A DNA stretch of 64,000 bases from Acidimicrobiaceae bacterium (lineage in GTDB: Bacteria > Actinomycetota > Acidimicrobiia > Acidimicrobiales > Ilumatobacteraceae): NCBI GenBank assembly GCA_947490975.1, contig CANLHV010000001.1, positions 1,580 through 65,579 of the forward strand, in the 5' to 3' direction. The position numbers and the translations under genes were made by a program. Shown in pieces: positions 56,942 through 64,000 of the stretch. Position 1 is the first letter of the stretch. Each line of letters begins with the position of its first letter. The notes under the pieces were generated by a model. That model saw nothing but the letters and a program-made list of their open reading frames with translations. It ran no database searches and was not told the DNA's origin.

Positions 56942-57019
56942 GAACTTTGCTCCTTTTTTTGTTGCTATGTTGCTGATGTTGTTTTACATCTTCAACACTG
57001 CCCGAAGCCTGTTGCACAG

Positions 57020-57871
57020 TTAGATTGCGAAAAGTTCAGCCCCACTTTGCGCAACATTCAACACCATTTTGGCGCCATTTGTCGGCAACGCATCTGCAAT
57101 TCGTTGAGCCGAATCACGATCAACCATTGCTGCAATCGTCGGCCCTGACCCCGACAACCACGCACACCAAGCACCAGCATCAACTGTGGCTTTTAGCGCC
57201 AACTTTGAATCAGGGGCTTTGGTGAAGCGTAGATCTTGATGCAGACGATCGCTCGTCGCAATTGACAATGCACGAATATCGCCAGCGGCCAGTGCCGCAA
57301 CCAATAGTGCAGTGCGCCCGACATTGAAAACTGCGTCTTCGAATTTAATTTCTGCAGGCAGTTTTGTCCGCGACTCTTTGGTTGAAGTCTGCTGTTGCGG
57401 AACCCAAACAATTATCGCTGGGTCAAGTGGCGTTGGTATACGAACTGCAAAACCGTCAACGCTTGCAACAAAACCGCCGAACATTGACGCCGCCGCGTTG
57501 TCGGGGTGACCTTCGAGTTCGCTAGCACTGCGCAAGATTTCGAGTTTTGCTTGCTCAAAATCTTTTTTCTCTGTGCCATTTTTTTCGGCGTGTGCCAAAA
57601 TGCAACCAGCAACTCTTGCCGCGCCACTGAAACCCAAACCTTTGCCCATCGGCATTTGCGAACGCACCCAAAGGTCTTGTTTGCCGCCGCAGTGACGAAA
57701 CGCAACCGTCAATGGATGATTTTCATCGGCTTCACTCGATTCAGCGGGAGCATTGCCAAACCCCGCTTCGAGATGCAAGTTAAGAGCCAAACCCAAAACA
57801 TCAAAACCTGGACCGAGATTTGCCGAACTTGCGGGCACACGAACAGCAACTGGACTTTGCCGTGCATTCAT
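57020..57871 (-). CDS. thrB: Homoserine kinase
   Basis: VRVPASSANLGPGFDVLGLAL is the ThrB N-terminal signature, and GHMP motif 2 is PMGKGLGFSGAA. I trimmed the start to ATG 57871 to clear trpD. Confidence 0.85.
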   Translation of the reverse strand: MNARQSPVAVRVPASSANLGPGFDVLGLALNLHLEAGFGNAPAESSEADENHPLTVAFRHCGGKQDLWVRSQMPMGKGLGFSGAARVAGCILAHAEKNGTEKKDFEQAKLEILRSASELEGHPDNAAASMFGGFVASVDGFAVRIPTPLDPAIIVWVPQQQTSTKESRTKLPAEIKFEDAVFNVGRTALLVAALAAGDIRALSIATSDRLHQDLRFTKAPDSKLALKATVDAGAWCAWLSGSGPTIAAMVDRDSAQRIADALPTNGAKMVLNVAQSGAELFAI

Positions 57872-57875
57872 GACT

Positions 57876-58940
57876 TTATTGTGCCATCTGTTTTGCGGCG
57901 TCAACACTGACACGAATCAGCTCATCGAGAACATCTCGTGCCGCACCCGAATCAATCGAGTTGAATGCAATTTCGAGCCCTTGCGACATGTCATCGGCTT
58001 TGCCAGCGACGACAATGCCAGCAGCCGCATTCAGCGCAACGATGTTGCGAACTGGGCCTTTTTCTCCATCAAGCAAATTGCGAAATATCTTGGCATTATC
58101 TGTTGGCGAACCGCCACGCACCGCAGCAACGTCTGCATGTGCAAGCCCGAGCGATGTTGCGTTGATTTCAAACTCGCGCATCTTTCCAGAATTTACTTCG
58201 ACCACGGGGCACGGTCCGCTGAGCGAGAGTTCATCCATTGAGCCATGACCGTGCACAACCCATGCTCGCTTTACGCCGCGAGTCGCGATGGCTTTTGCCA
58301 TCACATTGGCTGCTGATGGGTCACCGACACCGACGACCATAAACGAAATTTGCGCGGGGTTGGCCATCGGCCCGAGCAAATTGAAAACTGTTGGCACACC
58401 AATTTCGCGACGTGACGGACCAGTGAATCTAAATGCAGGATGAAACCTTTGAGCAAAACAAAATCCGAAACCAGTTTCTTCAACACACTTGGCAACGCCA
58501 ACACCATCGAGTTCGATTGCAACACCCAACGCCTCGAGCACATCGGCAGCGCCGCTCTTTGAAGACGATGCTCGACTGCCGTGTTTACAAACCGGAATTT
58601 TCGCCCCTGCGACGACTAGCCCCGCCATTGTCGAAACATTTACCGAATGACTGTGATCGCCACCCGTACCAACGATGTCGAGTGCGTTTTGCGAAATTTG
58701 CTCAGGCAAAAACACTCGCTCGGCGGCTCGGCGAACTTCGGCCAACATGCCTTCGAGTTCAAGTTCGGTTTCACCCTTGGCACGAAGAGCGACGATGAAT
58801 GCAGTTATCTGTGAAGGAGTCGCCTCACCTGAAAGTACCGAGCGCATCGCAGCCCCGGCATGACTGGCGCTTAAATCTTTGCCAGCCAAAAGCTGTGAGA
58901 TGATTTGCGGCCAAGAACCAGCGACATCGATCTCGCTCAT
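57876..58940 (-). CDS. trpD: Anthranilate phosphoribosyltransferase
   Basis: DIVGTGGDHSHSVNVST, KHGSRASSSKSGAADVLEALG and FNLLGPMANP are present. Confidence 0.92.
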   Translation of the reverse strand: MSEIDVAGSWPQIISQLLAGKDLSASHAGAAMRSVLSGEATPSQITAFIVALRAKGETELELEGMLAEVRRAAERVFLPEQISQNALDIVGTGGDHSHSVNVSTMAGLVVAGAKIPVCKHGSRASSSKSGAADVLEALGVAIELDGVGVAKCVEETGFGFCFAQRFHPAFRFTGPSRREIGVPTVFNLLGPMANPAQISFMVVGVGDPSAANVMAKAIATRGVKRAWVVHGHGSMDELSLSGPCPVVEVNSGKMREFEINATSLGLAHADVAAVRGGSPTDNAKIFRNLLDGEKGPVRNIVALNAAAGIVVAGKADDMSQGLEIAFNSIDSGAARDVLDELIRVSVDAAKQMAQ

Positions 58941-58952
58941 GCGAAAACGCTC

Positions 58953-59216
58953 TTAAGCGCTGCGGCGAGTGCGCAACATTTTGCGACGTTCGCGGGCAGA
59001 TGTGCCGCCCCAAACGCCCTGCTTTTCACGACTGTCGAGTGCATAGGTCAAACACGCTATGCGCACTTTGCACTCGCTACAGACTGATTTTGCCTTGCTG
59101 CAGTTTTCTTCGTTATCTGGATAGAAAATCTGGGGGTCTAGACCCTGGCAAGCACCACTGTTGCGCCAAGACAAATCAAATTCAGGCACGCGAACCCCCT
59201 TGTTCTCGTCGGGCAA
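58953..59216 (-). CDS. whiB: WhiB family transcriptional regulator (Fe-S)
   Basis: It has C...DPQIFYP...CSECKVRIACLTYAL...GVWGGTSARERRKM, i.e. the four-Cys cluster, the G(V/I)WGG turn and a basic tail. Confidence 0.9.
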   Translation of the reverse strand: MPDENKGVRVPEFDLSWRNSGACQGLDPQIFYPDNEENCSKAKSVCSECKVRIACLTYALDSREKQGVWGGTSARERRKMLRTRRSA

Positions 59217-59312
59217 AGACTAGAACTTGGGTACTGCACAATGCCAATCGGTAATGCGATTTACCAATCTCACGAGCCCACGAAAAATCACTAGTTCGTT
59301 TAGGCTAAAACA

Positions 59313-60968
59313 ATGCCTGTTGTCAATGTTTTAGCCGAGCGACAACAAAATTTAGAGCGAGCACAAAACCAGCAATTTGACGTGCTCGTAATCGGTGGCG
59401 GAATAACCGGCCTAGGCGTCGCTGTCGATGCTGCCACCCGTGGGTTAAAAGTTGCGCTCATCGAGCGTGATGATTTCGCGTCCGGTACATCCTCTAAAAG
59501 CAGCAAGTTGATTCACGGCGGCGTCAGATATTTGCAACAAGGCGAGGTTGCACTTGTTTACGAAGCGCTACACGAGCGTCACCGACTTAAACGAAATGCG
59601 CCACACTTGGTGCAGACTTTGCCATTTATGATTCCGATTTTGAAGCGCGATGGTGTCGTGTCGCGCAAAATCGCTCGCGCGCTTGGCAGCGCTTTATGGA
59701 TGTATGACCTGACGGGTGGTTGGCGAATCGGCAAGTTTCACCGCCGACTAAAAGCCGACAAGGCCTTTACTCACCTGCCGACGATGGATCGTAAACGGCT
59801 GGGCTCGGCATACTTATATTTCGACGCAATGGCTGACGACGCGAGAATCTGCATCGCGCTCGCACGCACTGCTGCTAATTACGGTGCATCAGTTTTGAAT
59901 TACACCCGCGTTGACAAAATTTTGCACGACGCACAAGGGCGAGCCTGCGGAGCGGTAGTGAAACCACACGATGGTGATGCGTTTGAAATTAGTGCACGCG
60001 TAGTTGTGAATGCCGCCGGAGTTTGGTCTGACGAAGTTATGACAACCGATGCAGGCAAGAACCCGGAATCAATTCGTCCTGCGAAAGGCGTTCACTTGAC
60101 AGTGCCCTGGAGTCTCGTACGAAACGATATTGCGGTGGTTATTCCGGTGCCCGGTGACAAACGAAGTCTGTTTTTGGTTCCGTGGATTTCAAATTATGAC
60201 GGAACTTTTCAGTACACATATGTCGGCACGACAGATACTGATTATCAGGGCTCAATAGATGACCCTCACTGCACACGCATAGATATTGACTATGTACTCA
60301 AGGCGCTGAATGCCGCCGTAACGACGAAAGTAACTGCCGATGATGTAACTGCAGTTTGGTCAGGTTTGCGACCACTCGTAAAAAGTGTGAGCGGAGAAAA
60401 AATAAGCTCTCGAACAGCAGACTTATCTCGACGTCACAAAGTTTCGAAATCAAAATCTGGCGTGATCACTATTGCTGGCGGCAAATTGACGACATATCGA
60501 AAGATGGCTCAAGACACCGTTGACGAGGTTTTAGCTGCTCTTGATCGCTCGGGGCGATGCAAGACGAAGGATCTGAAAGTAGTCGGCGCGAAAACTAGTG
60601 CGGCAAAAGGCTCTGACAAACAAGCGATGCATCTCTTTGCGCGCTTTGGTAGCGAAACTGAAACGATTATCTCAATGATCAAACAAGACCCAACTCTGGG
60701 CGAACTGCTAGTCGCAGGTCTGCCCTATTTGCGTGCCGAGGCGGTCTTCGCAGTTCAACACGAGATGGCTCGAACGCTTGACGATATTTTGTCGCGCCGA
60801 ACACGAGCACGAATCATTAACCGCCGCGCAAGTGTCGATAGCGCCCGAAGTGTGGCTGAGCTAATCGCCCCATTACTTGGTTGGAGCGACCAAGAAGTCA
60901 ATAATCAAGTTCTGCATTACTCTAATTCTTGTGCAGACGAAGATCACGCGGCGCTTCAACTGCAATAA
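59313..60968 (+). CDS. glpD: FAD-dependent glycerol-3-phosphate dehydrogenase
   Basis: FDVLVIGGGITGLGVAVDAATRGLKVALIERDDFASGTSSKSSKLIHGGVRYL is the GlpD N-terminal signature. Length is 551 aa. Confidence 0.9.
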   Translation: MPVVNVLAERQQNLERAQNQQFDVLVIGGGITGLGVAVDAATRGLKVALIERDDFASGTSSKSSKLIHGGVRYLQQGEVALVYEALHERHRLKRNAPHLVQTLPFMIPILKRDGVVSRKIARALGSALWMYDLTGGWRIGKFHRRLKADKAFTHLPTMDRKRLGSAYLYFDAMADDARICIALARTAANYGASVLNYTRVDKILHDAQGRACGAVVKPHDGDAFEISARVVVNAAGVWSDEVMTTDAGKNPESIRPAKGVHLTVPWSLVRNDIAVVIPVPGDKRSLFLVPWISNYDGTFQYTYVGTTDTDYQGSIDDPHCTRIDIDYVLKALNAAVTTKVTADDVTAVWSGLRPLVKSVSGEKISSRTADLSRRHKVSKSKSGVITIAGGKLTTYRKMAQDTVDEVLAALDRSGRCKTKDLKVVGAKTSAAKGSDKQAMHLFARFGSETETIISMIKQDPTLGELLVAGLPYLRAEAVFAVQHEMARTLDDILSRRTRARIINRRASVDSARSVAELIAPLLGWSDQEVNNQVLHYSNSCADEDHAALQLQ

Positions 60969-60971
60969 CGC

Positions 60972-62474
60972 ATGACGATTAAACCTTCATCACCTATTGA
61001 ATTTTCGAACTCAATCGACAACGTCACCGATCGAATCGACACGGTTGCCACACAGTTGCCAACTGATTTTTTGAGTTCGCTCGAAAAAATCTGCCCGAGC
61101 TCAACTTCAACTACCGATTTAGTAGAACACGCTCGTGATTGGTGGCCGCTGGCAATGCATTGGGCGCTCAGTGGCATGACTACACGACGCCCCGGTGCGG
61201 TGTGCCGCCCAACTTCGACGAATCAAGTCAGCGAAGTCGTCGCACTTTGTGCAAAAAACTCGGTACCCGTCACCGTGTCTGGTGGGCGCTCAGGTGTTTG
61301 CGGTGCAGCCGTGCCACTTTTTGCGGGCGTTGTGATCGACACGACTGATCTGCACGGCGTTGTAAGCGTTGATCAATTGTCGGGTTTGATTGAAGTTCTG
61401 CCTGGAACTTTTGGCCCCGACCTCGAAAATGAAATCAACGACAAATACCAGCTTTCTGTTGGTCACTTTCCACAGTCGTTTGACATATCAACAGTCGGCG
61501 GCTGGATCGGCTCGCGCGGTGCGGGCCAATTTTCAACTCGCTACGGCAAGATCGACGACATGGTTGCCGGCCTCGAAGTAGTGCTGGCCGATGGCTCGGT
61601 TATTTTGACTGGTACCGAGCCTGCAGGCGCGGCTGGACCAGACCTGACATCTTTGTTTATTGGTAGCGAAGGAACGCTCGGCATCATTACCAAAGTTTGG
61701 TTGCGTGCGCATCCGTTGCCTAGTTGCACTAAGAAAGCGGCGTTTCGGTTCAAGACTTTTGCTGCCGCTGTCGAGACAATGCGATCAGCCGTGCGTCACG
61801 GTGCAACACCGGCAGTTTTGCGACTCTACGACGAACGTGAGAGCAAACGCAGCCACGGCGGCGACGGCACGACCTGCACACTTTTGGTTCTCGACGAAGG
61901 CGTTGAGTCTTTAGTCAACGTGACACTAGAAATAGTCGCTGAGTCAGCGCAAACAAATGGCGGCGAAACCGCCGAAGCACAACTCGTCGACAACTGGCTA
62001 AGTCATCGCAACGACACAAGCGGATTGCAAATTCTTTCGAAGAAAGGTTTCGTGATTGACACCATGGAAGTCGCAGTCGCATGGTCGCGAGTAAATCAAG
62101 TCGCAGACACGGTGAAGAGCTCGATCATGCAAGTCGCGGGTGCACGCAGTGCGTCGTGCCATATCTCGCACAGTTATATTGACGGCGCGTGCATCTACTT
62201 CACTTTCGTCGCCGAACCATCTGACAAAAATCTCGAGTCAGTCGAACTCGCCTATTCGCAAATTTGGGATGCTGCTCAGAATGCCGCATTGCAATCTGGC
62301 GCAAATCTCACCCACCATCACGGCGTGGGCATCAACCGTGCGAAATATATAAAGCGGGCGCTTGGCCCCGCGCACGAAGTATTGAAATCCATAAAGAGCG
62401 CCCTTGACCCAAAAGATATTTTGAACCCAGGCAAGTTCGGCATCACTTCAAAGCGTGGCGAATACAAAATTTAA
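60972..62474 (+). CDS. FAD-binding (PCMH/GlcD-type) oxidoreductase, alkylglycerone-phosphate-synthase-like
   Basis: It has an FAD_binding_4-type region (VPVTVSGGRSGVCGAAVP) and HHHGVGINRAKY near the C-terminus. Its position next to glpD matches Rv2251/glpD1 in M. tuberculosis. Confidence 0.8.
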   Translation: MTIKPSSPIEFSNSIDNVTDRIDTVATQLPTDFLSSLEKICPSSTSTTDLVEHARDWWPLAMHWALSGMTTRRPGAVCRPTSTNQVSEVVALCAKNSVPVTVSGGRSGVCGAAVPLFAGVVIDTTDLHGVVSVDQLSGLIEVLPGTFGPDLENEINDKYQLSVGHFPQSFDISTVGGWIGSRGAGQFSTRYGKIDDMVAGLEVVLADGSVILTGTEPAGAAGPDLTSLFIGSEGTLGIITKVWLRAHPLPSCTKKAAFRFKTFAAAVETMRSAVRHGATPAVLRLYDERESKRSHGGDGTTCTLLVLDEGVESLVNVTLEIVAESAQTNGGETAEAQLVDNWLSHRNDTSGLQILSKKGFVIDTMEVAVAWSRVNQVADTVKSSIMQVAGARSASCHISHSYIDGACIYFTFVAEPSDKNLESVELAYSQIWDAAQNAALQSGANLTHHHGVGINRAKYIKRALGPAHEVLKSIKSALDPKDILNPGKFGITSKRGEYKI

Positions 62475-62500
62475 GAAAGACAATAGCGAGAGGCTGAAAA

Positions 62501-63964
62501 TTGGGCGTTCTAGTCATTGATATTGGTACAAGCGGCCTGCGCGCCGGCTTGGTTCGCCACGATGGCACATTGCACTTTCTGAACTACGAAGCATGCCGCC
62601 CTGACACACCAACACCAGGACTTGTCGAATTTGATGCCCAGAAATTGGCCGAAGCAGCATTGCGAGTTTGCGTAAAGACAATTGAGCAATCGACGAAAAC
62701 AGACGAGATTGTTGCCGTGGGCATCACAAATCAGCGCGCATCAACCGTGATTTGGAGCAAGTCAACAGGCAAACCATTTGGGCCCGCTCTCGGTTGGCAA
62801 GATCTGCGTACTGTCGGTGAATGCATCACGGCGCACGCCGAACACGGCATCAAACTGGCGCCAAACCAGACAGCGACGAAAGCCGCATGGATGCTGAGTC
62901 ATTACATCGATGCAAACAAAATCGATCATCGCGACGTTTGCATCGGCACCGTCGACTCATTTATTGCTGCAACACTTTCGAATAATCAATTACATGTCAC
63001 TGACTCGAGCAATGCCGCCGTAACTGGGCTCTGCGAACTTGATGCACTTTCGTGGTCACCACGTCTGTGCGAAATTCTTGGTGTAGATATAGACACACTG
63101 CCAACGATCGTCTCGTCAACGGGCGTTGTTGGCAACGCAACGGCACTGCCTGGCTCACCGCCGATTGCGTCGCTAATCGGTGATCAACAATCATCGTTAA
63201 TCGGTCAGGCTTGCATCACGAGCGGTGCGACGAAGATTACTTTCGGCACCGGTGGCATGTTGAACACATTTACTGGCCAAAATGCTCCGACCAAATTTGC
63301 ACGCAGCGAACATGGCACTTACCCAATTGTCGCCTACCGCGACAACGACAAAACTTTTTGGGCATCTGAAGCGATAATGCTTGCCGCCGGCACGAACATC
63401 GACTGGCTTCGCGAAGATCTCAAACTGATCAACTCACCCGAAGAGAGCCACGAAATTGCTGCACAAGTTGACGACAGTGCGGGCGTTTTGTTCGTGCCTG
63501 CACTATTTGGTCTTGGCACCCCACACTGGGATTACGGCGCGCGCGGCACGCTTCTTGGCATCACGCGCGGCACTTCACGTAGTCATGTTGTTCGGGCTGT
63601 TCTTGAAGGCATCGCCCATCGTGGGGCCGACATGGTTGACTCAGTTGTCGCTGCGACCCAACTCGAAGTTAACTCGATTCGTATTGACGGTGGCATGAGC
63701 CGCAACCCAACTTTCGTCCAAGCTCTCGCCAATGCGACAAGCCGCAATGTCGAAGTTTCGCCCATCACAGAGGCGACAACGCTGGGCGCCGCGTTTCTTG
63801 CCGGGGTCGGAGTTTCGTTTTGGCCATCATTAAGCGAGGCCACCAACACGTGGAAGCCCGCGCAAATCGTGAGCCCAGATAAAGAACTCGATCGCGCACA
63901 ATGGCACGAGGCGATTTCTCGCGCACGTAATTGGATCCCTGCTCTGTCAAGCCTTGACTTCTAA
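62501..63964 (+). CDS. FGGY family carbohydrate kinase, a divergent glycerol-kinase paralog
   Basis: VLVIDIGTSGLRAGLV, GITNQRASTVIW, GDQQSSLIG and DGGMSRN are present. The start is TTG with GAGAGG upstream. The glycerol-contact residues differ from GlpK (see findings). Confidence 0.8.
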   Translation: MGVLVIDIGTSGLRAGLVRHDGTLHFLNYEACRPDTPTPGLVEFDAQKLAEAALRVCVKTIEQSTKTDEIVAVGITNQRASTVIWSKSTGKPFGPALGWQDLRTVGECITAHAEHGIKLAPNQTATKAAWMLSHYIDANKIDHRDVCIGTVDSFIAATLSNNQLHVTDSSNAAVTGLCELDALSWSPRLCEILGVDIDTLPTIVSSTGVVGNATALPGSPPIASLIGDQQSSLIGQACITSGATKITFGTGGMLNTFTGQNAPTKFARSEHGTYPIVAYRDNDKTFWASEAIMLAAGTNIDWLREDLKLINSPEESHEIAAQVDDSAGVLFVPALFGLGTPHWDYGARGTLLGITRGTSRSHVVRAVLEGIAHRGADMVDSVVAATQLEVNSIRIDGGMSRNPTFVQALANATSRNVEVSPITEATTLGAAFLAGVGVSFWPSLSEATNTWKPAQIVSPDKELDRAQWHEAISRARNWIPALSSLDF

Positions 63965-64000
63965 ATTCGTCTAGATTTATCAAATGCTTTCTGAAGACGA

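Noticed and set aside
1-64000. A search of the whole window for a defence island, prophage, integrative element, toxin-antitoxin pair, biosynthetic gene cluster or CRISPR-Cas.
   Set aside because: Every sizeable ORF is either a recognisable housekeeping gene in conserved actinobacterial synteny or a small hypothetical embedded in such strings. There are no integrases, transposases, tRNA attachment sites, long repeats or obvious compositional breaks visible by eye. I therefore do not claim a novel multi-gene system here.

Overview
This window looks like core chromosome from a gene-dense, probably genome-streamlined member of the Actinomycetota. Lineage markers are WhiB, SepF, MshC, the thrS-HIT-pgsA1-PatA-pimA inositol-lipid cluster, PimB', DUF3040, the proteasome activator Bpa and F420-type enzymes. 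GC looks moderate by eye but was not computed. About 60 protein genes are packed with almost no spacer, and many neighbours share 4-nt start/stop overlaps. The centre of the window (about 28.4-45.1 kb, minus strand) is a complete dcw division/cell-wall cluster: mraZ-rsmH-ftsL-ftsI-murE-mraY-murD-ftsW-murG::murC-murB::ftsQ-ftsZ-yggS-sepF-yggT. It runs straight into ileS, a DksA-like gene, lspA, rluD, and further on bpa and dnaE. The left part carries htpX, lemA, the PIM cluster, thrS, plsC, mshC, npdG, fabI, a secreted S8 peptidase and a DUF255 thioredoxin-fold protein. The right part carries an HNH protein, an acyl-CoA dehydrogenase, two ROK kinases, dinB, an IMPase, glpK, pimB', queG, thrB, trpD, whiB, glpD, an FAD oxidase and a divergent FGGY kinase. 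I found no rRNA, tRNA, CRISPR array, transposase, prophage or recognisable defence island, so this is a housekeeping region and not an accessory island. The observations most worth a second look are listed here. (1) Two adjacent gene fusions in the dcw cluster (MurG-MurC and MurB-FtsQ), together with the absence of murF, pgeF and divIVA from their usual slots. (2) A roughly 127-nt RNA element with a 25-bp helix in the mraZ-rsmH spacer, whose G-U pairs exist only on the coding strand. (3) A near-consensus mraZ promoter interleaved with four 10-bp-phased AGTGG(T/G)G boxes. (4) A DksA-like protein that has lost all four zinc-finger cysteines and gained 13 KKKLEL hexapeptide repeats. (5) A glycerol-kinase paralog with substituted glycerol-binding residues. 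All functional calls come from motif recognition by eye and remembered synteny; no searches were run.
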